Assembly (NCBI GenBank): GCA_963798485.1
Contig: CAWCTR010000017.1
Span: forward strand, 32,001 to 96,000
Direction of reading: 5' to 3'
Origin: an uncultured delta proteobacterium
Lineage (GTDB): Bacteria; Desulfobacterota; Desulfomonilia; UBA1062
DNA: 64,000 nucleotides
Position 1 is the stretch's first letter, and the number at the start of each line of letters is the position of its first letter. A program made the translations under genes and the position numbers. The notes beneath the pieces are model-generated. The model saw only the letters and a list, made by a program, of their open reading frames with translations, was not told the DNA's origin and did not search any database. Positions 33,916 through 44,097 of the stretch are shown in pieces.

Positions 33916-34017
33916 GTTCATTGCGGACTCAGTCTTAAAAAAACCCATTTTGTCTTGACTGACATCTCAGGCATTCCCTATAGTTCCAGCTTATCTTTCA
34001 GGGAGGTAACTTTCTCA

Positions 34018-37000
34018 ATGCCAAAGAGAACCGACATACACAAGGTCATGATCATCGGGAGCGGGCCAATCGTCATAGGCCAAGCATGTGAATTCGACTA
34101 TTCCGGAACCCAGGCCTGCAAGGCCTTGCGGGAACTCGGTTATAAAATCGTTCTTGTCAATTCGAACCCGGCCACCATTATGACCGACCCGGGCATGGCC
34201 GATGCCACCTATATCGAACCGCTGAATGCGGCAGCCCTGGAGCCTATCATTGCCAAGGAGAGGCCCGATGCGATCCTGCCGAACATGGGCGGCCAGTCGG
34301 GCCTGAATCTCACCTCAGAGTTGCATCGCAAGGGAATCCTTGAAAAGTACGGCGTCAAGGTGATCGGTGTGAACGTGGACGCCATCGAGCGTGGGGAAGA
34401 CCGACGCGCCTTCAAGGAGACCATGACCCGCCTGGGCATCGAGACGCCCAAAAGCGAGCTCGCCTACTCCGTTGAAGAGGCCGAGAAAATCGCCTCTGAG
34501 CTGGGCTACCCCGTTGTCATCAAGCCTTCCTACACCATGGGCGGCACCGGTGGCGGGCTCGTCTACAACGTGGAGGAACTGGGGGCCGTTGCAAGCCGCG
34601 GCCTTAGAGTGAGCCTCATCGGACAGGTCCTTTTGGAAGAATCCGTATTTGGCTGGGAGGAGCTGGAGCTCGAGGTAGTGCGCGACGCCAAGAACAACAT
34701 GATCACGGTATGCTTTATTGAGAACGTGGATGCCATGGGCGTGCACACGGGCGACTCCTTGTGCACCGTACCCATGCTCACCATCGACAAGGAGCTCCAG
34801 AAGAGACTCCAGAAGCACGCTTACGACATCGTGGCGGCCCTCGAGGTGATTGGCTGCACCAATGTCCAATTCGCCCATGACCCCAAAACCGGCCGCGTCG
34901 TGGTCATCGAGATAAACCCCCGAACCTCCCGTTCATCCGCCCTGGCCTCCAAGGCCACGGGCTTCCCCATCGCACTCGTGTCGAGCAAGCTCGCTGCCGG
35001 GCTTACCCTCGACGAAATCCCCTACTGGCGAAGCGGCACCCTGGACAAGTACGAACCCTGGGGCGACAATGTGGTGGTGAAATTCCCTTGCTGGGCCTTT
35101 GAGAAGTTCAAGGGCTCCAAGGACCGGCTCGGCACCCAGATGAAGTCCGTGGGCGAGGTCATGAGCATTGCAAAAACATTCAAGGAGGCTCTCCAGAAGT
35201 CTATCCGCTCGCTGGAAACCGGCCGGTATGGACTGGGCTTTGCCGGGGATTACCATGAGAAGGATCTCGATACCCTGCTGGACATGCTCTGTGAGCCGTC
35301 CAGCGAACGGCAGTTCATCATGTACGAGGCCCTGCGCAAAGGCGCAAGCATCTCGGAGCTTTACCAGAAGACCTTCCTGAAGGCATGGTTCATCGAGCAG
35401 ATGAAGGAACTCGTGGACCTGGAGGAAAAGATCCTCGCCTATAAGGGTAAGGAGCTGCCTGATGGGCTGCTTATCCAGGCCAAAAAAGATGGTTTTGCCG
35501 ACCGCTACCTTGCCAGGCTGCTGGGCCGCTCCGAGGATGATGTCAGAAACCGCCGGGTTAAGCTGGGCCTGGTGCACGGGTATGACAAGGTGTCGGTGAG
35601 CGGTGTGAAGAACGCCGGGTATTACTATTCCACATACAATGCCCCGGACAAGATAGAGGTGAGCGACAAGCAAAAGATCATGGTCTTAGGCGGCGGCCCC
35701 AACCGTATCGGCCAGGGCATCGAGTTCGATTACTGCTGCGTCCATGCGGCCTTAGCCATCAAGGGCATGGGCTATGAGTCCATCATGGTGAACTGCAACC
35801 CCGAGACGGTCTCTACCGACTATGACACTTCCGACAAGCTCTACTTCGAGCCGGTCAGTGTTGAGGAGGTCCTGAGCGTATACAACAAGGAAAAGCCCTT
35901 GGGTGTGATCTGCCAGTTCGGCGGCCGGACCCCGCTGAATATTGCAAATGAACTTGCAAAGGCCGGGGTGAAAATCCTGGGTACCACCCCTGTCACCATT
36001 GACCTTGCCGAGGACCGTGACCGCTTCGGCCAGATGATGGCAAAGCTGGGCATCCCCATGCCCGATTCCGGCATGGCAAGCACCCTGGATGAGGCCCTGG
36101 CCATTGCAAACCGCATCGGATATCCGCTCATGGTTCGACCATCATATGTCTTAAGCGGCTGCGGCATGGAGATGGTTCACGACGAGGACATGCTGCGGGA
36201 ATATGTCCGCGCGGCTATTGCCATGACACCCGCGCGGCCTATCCTCATCGACAAGTTCCTGGACAACGCCATCCAGGCCGGGGCCGATGCCATCTCGGAC
36301 GGCTTCGATGCCTATGTGCCCGCAGTCATGGAGCACATCGAGCAGGCAGGTGTCCACTCGGGCGACTCGGCATGCGTAATTCCACCCATCAGCATACCGG
36401 CCAGGCATCTAGACACCATCATCGAGTATACCAAGCGCATCGCCATCGAGCTCGACGTGGTGGGCCTCATGAACATGCAGTATGCCATCCACAAGGACAC
36501 GGTCTATGTCCTGGAGGCAAACCCAAACGCCTCACGGACCGTTCCCTTGGTCTCCAAGGTATGCAATATCCCCATGGCCGACATCGCTACGCGGATCATC
36601 CTGGGCAAGAAGCTTTGTGATTTCGACATCACCCCCAAAAACATACGGCACTTCGGGGTAAAAGAGGCGGTATTCCCTTTCAACATATTCCCCGAGGTGG
36701 ACCCGCTGCTGGGTCCCGAGATGCGCTCCACCGGCGAGGTGCTCGGCATGGCCGACACTTTCGGTCTGGCCTTCTACAAGGCATCGGAGGCGGCATCCCA
36801 ATATCTGCCCAAGGAAGGTACCGTGCTCCTCACCGTGTCCCGCAGGGAACGCCCGGCAGTGCTCGAGGTGGCACGGCTCTTTACCGAGCTGGGCTTCAAG
36901 ATCAAGTCAACGCTGCATACCCATGCATTTCTTAGGGAGAACGGCATCACCGCCGAACTGGTGCTCAAACTCCACGAGGGCAGGCCCAATATCATCGACG

Positions 37001-37218
37001 GCGTCAAGAACAAGGAATACGCACTGATCATCAACACGCCCAGCGGAAAACTATCCAAGCATGATGACTCCTACATCCGCAAGGCAGCCATCAGCTACAA
37101 GGTCCCCTACATCACCACACTGTCCGCAGCTATAGCCGCAGCCAAGGGTATTGCCGCCTGCAGGCAGGGCAAGGGTATCATCAAGTCATTGCAGGAGTAT
37201 CACCGCGACATCGGTTAA
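34018..37218 (+). CDS. carB: Carbamoyl-phosphate synthase large subunit (divergent copy, no adjacent carA)
   Basis: MPKRTDI, IGSGPIVIGQACEFDYSG, GGPNRIGQGIEFDYCC and LGPEMRSTGE. ATG at 34018. Confidence 0.93.
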   Translation: MPKRTDIHKVMIIGSGPIVIGQACEFDYSGTQACKALRELGYKIVLVNSNPATIMTDPGMADATYIEPLNAAALEPIIAKERPDAILPNMGGQSGLNLTSELHRKGILEKYGVKVIGVNVDAIERGEDRRAFKETMTRLGIETPKSELAYSVEEAEKIASELGYPVVIKPSYTMGGTGGGLVYNVEELGAVASRGLRVSLIGQVLLEESVFGWEELELEVVRDAKNNMITVCFIENVDAMGVHTGDSLCTVPMLTIDKELQKRLQKHAYDIVAALEVIGCTNVQFAHDPKTGRVVVIEINPRTSRSSALASKATGFPIALVSSKLAAGLTLDEIPYWRSGTLDKYEPWGDNVVVKFPCWAFEKFKGSKDRLGTQMKSVGEVMSIAKTFKEALQKSIRSLETGRYGLGFAGDYHEKDLDTLLDMLCEPSSERQFIMYEALRKGASISELYQKTFLKAWFIEQMKELVDLEEKILAYKGKELPDGLLIQAKKDGFADRYLARLLGRSEDDVRNRRVKLGLVHGYDKVSVSGVKNAGYYYSTYNAPDKIEVSDKQKIMVLGGGPNRIGQGIEFDYCCVHAALAIKGMGYESIMVNCNPETVSTDYDTSDKLYFEPVSVEEVLSVYNKEKPLGVICQFGGRTPLNIANELAKAGVKILGTTPVTIDLAEDRDRFGQMMAKLGIPMPDSGMASTLDEALAIANRIGYPLMVRPSYVLSGCGMEMVHDEDMLREYVRAAIAMTPARPILIDKFLDNAIQAGADAISDGFDAYVPAVMEHIEQAGVHSGDSACVIPPISIPARHLDTIIEYTKRIAIELDVVGLMNMQYAIHKDTVYVLEANPNASRTVPLVSKVCNIPMADIATRIILGKKLCDFDITPKNIRHFGVKEAVFPFNIFPEVDPLLGPEMRSTGEVLGMADTFGLAFYKASEAASQYLPKEGTVLLTVSRRERPAVLEVARLFTELGFKIKSTLHTHAFLRENGITAELVLKLHEGRPNIIDGVKNKEYALIINTPSGKLSKHDDSYIRKAAISYKVPYITTLSAAIAAAKGIAACRQGKGIIKSLQEYHRDIG

Positions 37219-37500
37219 CAGAACATGGCCAGTGGCGAGTGAAAGGATATGTATCCTTGAATCCGCCACTCTCGGCTGGGTACTAAGGTTTACAGGTAAA
37301 AAACATTTCCACGTTGATTTTTTCCGTACCTGGGAGTATCTATGCCGTGTCTCCTGTGCAGGGTAAAACGGATTGAAGGGGGCTAAGGGCTTAAAAAATC
37401 CGGTGCAATGTGCCTGCATAATTGATTGTTCTGACATAAGGCATGAGCATTTATAAAAAATAGTGGAATTATGCACAGGAGACCATCCTTTCAAACCCCA

Positions 37501-38787
37501 TCATGTGACTGACAAAGAAGAAAATCCGTTTATAGTATCATAAAGAAACACCTCGGCGCCGCAGAATTTATTGTTGTTCATGAGCCAGCCTCCGGTGTTA
37601 TGTAATGTCAACTGCTTGGGCGAGGCTGAAGATACTGAACCGAATACCAGCGGAATCCCGTATTTCCAGGGTATGGGCTGGTGGGTGTGGCCGAAGATGA
37701 TACGCGAGGGCGCCGGTATGTTGCAATTCCGGCGTGTATTTATTTCGCCTATCTCGATGAGGCTTGCATTATAGAATCTCTCAAACCTTTCCTTCGTCTC
37801 GGATTTTTTCATGAACTCTTCACTATAGCGCGTAGTGCCGATCTCGCTTATTCCATTCAGAATTTTATTCTTCCCCCAGGTCCTCCAGAGTAATTTCATC
37901 AACCCTTTCTTCGCATAGGTCTGAACATTGTGTATCACCTTGGAGAACCACTCTGTCTGGCCGATGTCGTTATCTGATAATTCTTCAATGACCTTCTCAA
38001 AACGGCTCATATATCTCTCAATACGTTCATACCTGCCATTGTTCATATCGGTCTGAACCAGCCGTATAACCTTGGTCAGGACCCCGGCCTGACCGATCCC
38101 GGTACAGGCAAGCTGGTTCAAGGGATAATTCATCTCAATGGTTTCTTCGATATCCACATCCCCCACCTTCAGATCATCATATGCTACGTCCAAGGCGACC
38201 TCGCCCAACATAGCCCAGTAGGACTCAAGATACTGGCCATGGGTAACAAGGACTGTATCGTTAGCAGTTACGATATACAGATTGGGGTAAACAAAATAAA
38301 ACACGGTCTCCGGTTTGGTGATCCTATCGAGGAACATCCCTCCGTATTCCTCCCGGCCTTCGGTTCTGTGTGATGTTTTATCAAGAACAACGCCTCTGGT
38401 CGGGCTGTTTATCCTGTCATCAATAATGCCGGCCACAGAATGATCGTACTTTTCAGGGAGATCACCATTCTCCAATTTGTTTATGACACTCTTCTGGTGC
38501 TGCACAATATGCCATATATCCGCATCATGGTTCCCGGGGATATAGATGATCTTATCTGCAATGCCGTCTGCCTTGATCTGCTGTAAAAAGGCCTGCCCAC
38601 AGTTATATGCCACATCATATGATTTTATGGAAAAGTCAAAGATGTCCCCGGCAAGCACGAGGAAATCATTGTGCTGCCCCACCAGTTCCTTAAACTTCTC
38701 ATACTTTGTTCCAATGGTTTTTTCGGGTGTAACCAGTGTGCAGTTATCATCTCCGAAATGGGTGTCAGAAATGATGGCAAGCTTCAT
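37501..38787 (-). CDS. Calcineurin-like metallophosphoesterase
   Basis: SDTH, GDIFD, GNHD, THG and GHTH motifs. Confidence 0.85.
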   Translation of the reverse strand: MKLAIISDTHFGDDNCTLVTPEKTIGTKYEKFKELVGQHNDFLVLAGDIFDFSIKSYDVAYNCGQAFLQQIKADGIADKIIYIPGNHDADIWHIVQHQKSVINKLENGDLPEKYDHSVAGIIDDRINSPTRGVVLDKTSHRTEGREEYGGMFLDRITKPETVFYFVYPNLYIVTANDTVLVTHGQYLESYWAMLGEVALDVAYDDLKVGDVDIEETIEMNYPLNQLACTGIGQAGVLTKVIRLVQTDMNNGRYERIERYMSRFEKVIEELSDNDIGQTEWFSKVIHNVQTYAKKGLMKLLWRTWGKNKILNGISEIGTTRYSEEFMKKSETKERFERFYNASLIEIGEINTRRNCNIPAPSRIIFGHTHQPIPWKYGIPLVFGSVSSASPKQLTLHNTGGWLMNNNKFCGAEVFLYDTINGFSSLSVT

Positions 38788-38918
38788 ACTTTTCCCCCTT
38801 AATTTTATGATCTTGATGTGAAATACCTGCTTTTGAATAGCGGGAAACAACTCATAGAGGATAAATCCGGATGTGTTACCCAGCAAGTCTCAAAAGAAGA
38901 ATCCAATAGCAAAGATGT

Positions 38919-40382
38919 CTGGAGTTTCCTGAGTTTTATCACTGAACAGTAGATAACCTATTGAAATAAAGTAAGAAGCTTATTTTATCAAGATAACAAC
39001 GTCTAAGCGTAAAAGATTCCTGAGATTCACCGGCTGATATGGTAGAAAGTAGCTCACATACAGGAGATGGAGACGATATGGCCGGGAACTCCAGGATAGC
39101 AGCGGATATAAAAGGGCAGATAACGAGATTCTCAGGAATCATTTCCAAGGGATTACCCAAGTCGAAGCAGAAGCTCATTCGAGAGATGGTGTATGGGATA
39201 CAGGCCGGGAAGGACATCAAGTTGTCCAGTGTGAGTCGTAGCCTGAATGAGGCCATACCCCTGATCAAGACGGAGGACCGGTTATCGAGGAATCTGGATG
39301 ATCGGGATTTTACGGATGCGATCAACCATGAGATATGCCGCCTTGGGAGCACGAAGGTGCTTGATGATATGGTGATAGCCATAGATCCTGGAGATATCCG
39401 TAAGAAGTATGCCTCGAAGATGGAGTGTCTGTGCAAGGTACATGATGGAAGTGAACATGAGATTGGTGAGGGGTACTGGCTCTGCAAAGGGGTGGCCGCG
39501 GACATTGAGCATAAGAAGGTGATACCGTTGTACCTGGAGGCATATTCGCAGGAAGCCGAGGATTTCAAGAGCGAGAACGATCAGCTCTTCAAAGTGATCG
39601 ACACCGTGAGCGCCCATGTGGGGAGCAAAGGTATCTATGCCATCGACCGCGGAGGGGACAGGGGTAAGCTCTATGACAAATTTCTTGAAAAGGGGAAGGC
39701 GAAGCGGTTTGTGATCCGTCTTAAGAAGAACAGAGATCTCATCCATAAAGGCGTCAAAAAGAATTGTCACTTTCTTGCCACGGCCTTGCCCTGTCCGCAT
39801 GAAGCGGTCATGATCAAGTATGAGGAAGGGAAAGAACGCCAGGCAAGCGTTTTCTACAATGCCGTGGCGGTGAAACTACCCGGCCATGATGCTCCGTTGT
39901 TTCTCGTGGTGGCGAAAGGGTTCGGCAAGGAGCCGATGATGCTTTTGACAAGCTGCCCGGTTCACCTGAAGGACCGCGAGACCATCTGGAGAATCATTGA
40001 GATATACCTCACCCGCTGGAAATGCGATGAATCCTTCAGGTACATCAAGCAGTGCTACAATCTTGAAGATATCCGGGTGCGCCATTACACCAGTATCCGG
40101 AACATGGTGGTCCTTGTCCTTGCCGTCAGCTATTTCGCGGCAGTATATTTAGGGGATAACCTGAGACTCAAAATGCTGGTTGAGAGAGTGTATATCGTAT
40201 CCAAGAGGTTCTTCGGCATCCCCACCTTTTTCAATTATGCCATCGCTGATGGGCTCTATAAGCTCCTCTTCTCCGATAAAACCGGATTCAACAAGACGGC
40301 AAAACCAAAATATCCCGAGTTCCAACTGTGCTTCAGCTTCCTGGAGTGAGTGGGGTTAATTTGAAAACTCAGGAAACTCCAG
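38919..40382 (+). mobile_element. Complete IS (IS4-superfamily DDE) with 19-bp TIRs and 9-bp target duplication
   Basis: TIR CTGGAGTTTCCTGAGTTTT / AAAACTCAGGAAACTCCAG. TSD CAAAGATGT at 38910-38918 and 40383-40391. Confidence 0.95.
39078..40349 (+). CDS. IS4-type DDE transposase
   Basis: IAIDPGD, AIDRGGD and YLTRWKCDESFRYIK (YREK motif). Confidence 0.93.
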   Translation: MAGNSRIAADIKGQITRFSGIISKGLPKSKQKLIREMVYGIQAGKDIKLSSVSRSLNEAIPLIKTEDRLSRNLDDRDFTDAINHEICRLGSTKVLDDMVIAIDPGDIRKKYASKMECLCKVHDGSEHEIGEGYWLCKGVAADIEHKKVIPLYLEAYSQEAEDFKSENDQLFKVIDTVSAHVGSKGIYAIDRGGDRGKLYDKFLEKGKAKRFVIRLKKNRDLIHKGVKKNCHFLATALPCPHEAVMIKYEEGKERQASVFYNAVAVKLPGHDAPLFLVVAKGFGKEPMMLLTSCPVHLKDRETIWRIIEIYLTRWKCDESFRYIKQCYNLEDIRVRHYTSIRNMVVLVLAVSYFAAVYLGDNLRLKMLVERVYIVSKRFFGIPTFFNYAIADGLYKLLFSDKTGFNKTAKPKYPEFQLCFSFLE

Positions 40383-41092
40383 CAAAGATGTCCATTGATC
40401 TTTCTCAAATTTATAGTCATTTCACCAATATGTCAAGGATGCTCATCATATCAGTTTTTGGGCCTTTGGAAAGTGCCAATTTAGCGCAGATATCTTCAAT
40501 ATGGGCGAACCGTTGATAATGGCACCCCACAGTTTGGCACATAATATATGGTCTATAAGAGTAAAAACTTTTCTGGTTGCGCTCAGATCAATGGAGAAAG
40601 GTCACTAGAACCATAAATCATCACCTGATCCACTTCTATAAATCGTAGAATTATATTAGTAATATTAAATAACTATAAAATAATATATTTTCACTATTGC
40701 TTTTCCTATATATGAACTTACTTTATAAAATTATCATTATGTAATGTGTTGATTAATTCTGATTTATTTAGAACTGACATTATTTCCCATAGGTTAACCT
40801 GCAGAGAGAATGCCATCATATGGGTGTTGGGGCATTGAATATGCAGTAATAATTCAAGCCCTTTCTCATCTCCATGAATATATGATCCGGGGAGGTTTTC
40901 ATGGATAAGAAAACCCCATTTATCAGGGACTGGTTACACCTTAGATCACCCCCTGAAGCTATGTCATGCTACAATTTTCTTAGTTTTCTCCATGTCGAAC
41001 TTTATTCAACCTGACGAGAAAACACCTTACATTCAGTTTTATAACATCCAAGCTTATTTGGTGAGAACAGAACCAGAATAAAGGAGGTGCCT

Positions 41093-42097
41093 ATGAAAAG
41101 ATTATCAGTATTGTTTACCCTTTTCATTTTCCTATTCACTCCATTGGCTGCAGGGGCTTACCCTTACAGCAGCATCTTGTCTTTCGGAGACAGTTTATCC
41201 GACAATGGAAATGCAGATAGTTTTGGTATTCAACGCTATACTAATGGCCCTGTATGGGTTGAGTATATGGCCAGCTCTTGGAGCGTTCCACTTTTCGATA
41301 TGGCCTTTGGCGGTGCGACTACAGGTTGGGATGACCCAGCAGTTGCTGCAGCCACTGGTGGCGCCGAAGGTGTCAATAACTTGGGCTTGCAATGGCAGGT
41401 ATACGTTTATCTTCATAATATTAGTAGCACCGTACCTGCCAACACCTTGGTTACCGTCTGGGCCGGTGCCAATGATTTTTTTAACAGTAGAGCACCCGAC
41501 ACAGCTGCTTCCAATGTTGCGCTCGCCATAAGCAACCTTGCCGCAGCAGGCGCCCAGAATATCCTCATCTGTAACCTTCCAAATATCGGTCTTACTCCCG
41601 AATTCAGCTCCCCACCACCAGTACAAGCAGCTGCAACGGCATTTAGCCAAACTTTTAACGCTGACCTCGCTCTTGACCTGCAAAGTGTAGAAAGAGTGTA
41701 TCCAGCAGTCAATTTCTATATCCTTGATGTTTATGATCTGCTGGATGCTCTCATAGCAAATCCCGCTGCCAATGGATTTACCGATGTTACTGATAGTGGG
41801 AACGATAACCCTCCTGCTGGCTACCTGTTCTGGGATGGTGTCCACCCGACAACCCAAGCCCACAAGATATTAGCACAAGATGCTATAGCTGAATTAGTCT
41901 GCCCATGTGACGTAAACCATGATGGGAAGTGTAACGTTAAGGATGATATACTCTTCGCTGAAGCTTTGTTAAAATGCTTACTGTCAAAAGGGACAAATTG
42001 TAGTGCTTGCGATCTGAATGGTGATGGCAAATGTGATCAAATAGATATAAATCTTTACCTCAAGTCCATGAAGAGTGGAAATTGCCCCTGTAAGTAA
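41093..42097 (+). CDS. Secreted SGNH/GDSL hydrolase with a C-terminal Cys-rich dockerin-like (double EF-hand) module
   Basis: Signal peptide, FGDSLSD, GANDF and WDGVHPT, then DVNHDGKCNVKD and DLNGDGKCDQID. Confidence 0.9.
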   Translation: MKRLSVLFTLFIFLFTPLAAGAYPYSSILSFGDSLSDNGNADSFGIQRYTNGPVWVEYMASSWSVPLFDMAFGGATTGWDDPAVAAATGGAEGVNNLGLQWQVYVYLHNISSTVPANTLVTVWAGANDFFNSRAPDTAASNVALAISNLAAAGAQNILICNLPNIGLTPEFSSPPPVQAAATAFSQTFNADLALDLQSVERVYPAVNFYILDVYDLLDALIANPAANGFTDVTDSGNDNPPAGYLFWDGVHPTTQAHKILAQDAIAELVCPCDVNHDGKCNVKDDILFAEALLKCLLSKGTNCSACDLNGDGKCDQIDINLYLKSMKSGNCPCK

Positions 42098-42122
42098 ATT
42101 ATTATTATTGAGATCATCAAAT

Positions 42123-42153
42123 TAGGCAGAGATTATTTATATGTCTCTGCCTT
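42123..42153. terminator. Hairpin downstream of the GDSL gene
   Basis: AGGCAGAGA...TCTCTGCCT. Confidence 0.6.
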
Positions 42154-42189
42154 ACTTATATTGACAAAGGGTAAGTAGAGATAACTGCG

Positions 42190-44097
42190 GTGCGCCGGGA
42201 GACCGGCAAGGAGTAAAGGGTGAAAGTCCCTCACAGTAAAGGAATAGCAAATCATACTGTCCCCGAGTCATGCGCGGTGTGTCGTGAGGCACAACGTGAA
42301 GCGTTGACAGGGGTGCGAGTAGGCCAGCCATTGAGCCGCGAAAGATCTAGAGTCCAGGGCGCCGACGCTGTCGCAGTAGCGGAAGGCAACACGAACAGGT
42401 GCGAAAATGCGAGTACCTGGACGGCCCTGCGTGGTCTGAGAACCTGGCATGCACGTACGCTCCTTGATCGGGAACCGGGAGATCTCCAGCTTGACCACAG
42501 ATTTAAAGTGGCCCGCATTGGGAAGGTGAAGAGCCGAAGCCAATGATGAACGAGCAGGAGAAGTCAGACCCCTCCATATTAGCTGAGAAGCCGACGAACA
42601 AACAAGGGCAACCGAGTGCGGAGTCGGTGGAGCAAAGGGAGGGGGCCAAGGGGAACTCGGAAGAAACCTACATGCGCCGGACACAGCGCCGGGGAAGCGT
42701 GTCCCAGGGTCTCGACCGGGTACGGCAGGCAGCGAGGAAAGGGAAGAAGGAGCGGTTCACCGCGTTACTCCACCATGTGGACGTCGAACTACTCAAGGCA
42801 GCCTACTACGATCTAAAGCGAAAAGCTGCACCGGGAATAGACGGCGTTACGTGGATGGACTACGAAAAGGACCTTGAAGCCAGTCTTGTGGATTTGCATG
42901 CCCGCGTGCACCATGGAACCTACCGTGCACGGCCATCGCGGAGGAAGTACATACCGAAGCCGAACGGGCGACAACGTCCACTCGGAATAGCAGCGTTGGA
43001 AGACAAGATTGTTCAGCGTGCGGTGGTGGAGGTACTCAATGCGATCTACGAGGAAGACTTTCTGGGGTTCTCATACGGTTTCCGGCCTCGGCGCGGACAG
43101 CATGATGCGTTAGACGCGCTAGCGGTCGGGATCACCCGTACGAAGGTGAGCTGGATACAGGATGCCGATATTGCAGGATTCTTCGACTCGGTGAGCCATG
43201 AATGGCTGATCCGTTTCCTAGAACACCGAATCGGCGATCCACGAATGATTCGCCTGATAAGCAAATGGCTGAAAGCCGGGGTGATGGAAGATGGCGTGGT
43301 AACTCCCACGGAGGCAGGTACGCCTCAAGGTGCAGTAATATCGCCCTTGCTGGCAAACATCTACCTCCACTATGTCTTCGATCTCTGGGCAGAACGGTGG
43401 CGACATCACCATGCCCAAGGGAACGTCATTTTCGTGCGCTATGCCGACGATATTGTCGCCGGATTTGAGCACGAGGCAGATGCCAGGCGCTTTCTTGCGG
43501 ATCTGAAGCAACGGATGGAGCAATTTGCATTATCTCTGCATCCGGATAAGACCCGCCTGATTGAGTTCGGCTGTTTTGCGGCGAACAACCGTGAAAAGCG
43601 AGGACTTGGTAAGCCGGAGACATTCAACTTTCTTGGATTCACTCACATCTGTGGACGTGCCTATCGAAACGGAAAATTTCTCCTTATCCGCATGACCCGT
43701 CGAGATCGGATGCGTTCAAAGCTGAGAGAGATCAAAGAGGAGTTGCGGAGACGCATGCACCTTTCCATTCCAGAGCAGGGGAAGTGGCTATGCCAAGTGG
43801 TAAGGGGTTATTTCGCTTACCATGCAATACCAACCAACTCGAAGAGGATAGTATCCTTCTGGCACCATGTAATAGAACTGTGGCGGCGCACGCTAAGTTA
43901 CCGCAGTCAACGTGCTTACCTTACATGGGATAAAATCTCTCGTTTGGTTTCTTATTGGTTGCCACCCCCGCGCATTCTTCATCCCTGGCCGAATGTTCGT
44001 TTTGCCGTCAAACACCCAAGGTGGGAGCCCGGTGCGTAAATTGCGCACGCCGGGATCTGTGCGGGGGGTGCGCCGTAAGGAGCATCCCTACCGCGAT
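42190..44097 (+). mobile_element. Group II intron, RT-encoding (no endonuclease domain; resembles bacterial class E)
   Basis: 5' GTGCG. DV GAGCCCGGTGCG...GCACGCCGGG, DVI and a 3' end CCCTACCGCGAT. EBS1 CGCAGT (42372-42377) pairs with exon end ACTGCG (42184-42189). Confidence 0.95.
42543..44039 (+). CDS. ltrA: Group II intron reverse transcriptase/maturase
   Basis: APGIDG, RPLGI..LEDKIVQ, SYGFRP, GTPQGAVISPLLANIYL, RYADD, FNFLGF and domain X VVRGYFAY. Confidence 0.97.
   Translation: MMNEQEKSDPSILAEKPTNKQGQPSAESVEQREGAKGNSEETYMRRTQRRGSVSQGLDRVRQAARKGKKERFTALLHHVDVELLKAAYYDLKRKAAPGIDGVTWMDYEKDLEASLVDLHARVHHGTYRARPSRRKYIPKPNGRQRPLGIAALEDKIVQRAVVEVLNAIYEEDFLGFSYGFRPRRGQHDALDALAVGITRTKVSWIQDADIAGFFDSVSHEWLIRFLEHRIGDPRMIRLISKWLKAGVMEDGVVTPTEAGTPQGAVISPLLANIYLHYVFDLWAERWRHHHAQGNVIFVRYADDIVAGFEHEADARRFLADLKQRMEQFALSLHPDKTRLIEFGCFAANNREKRGLGKPETFNFLGFTHICGRAYRNGKFLLIRMTRRDRMRSKLREIKEELRRRMHLSIPEQGKWLCQVVRGYFAYHAIPTNSKRIVSFWHHVIELWRRTLSYRSQRAYLTWDKISRLVSYWLPPPRILHPWPNVRFAVKHPRWEPGA

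Noticed and set aside
42123-42190. Class C intron inserted after a terminator
   Set aside because: The hairpin ends more than 35 nt before the intron, and a 6-nt EBS1/IBS1 pairing explains the site.
42543-44039. DGR, retron or defence-type reverse transcriptase
   Set aside because: The ORF is embedded in a full group II ribozyme (GTGCG, EBS1, DV, DVI) with YADD and domain X. No template/variable repeat pair with adenine-specific differences was seen.
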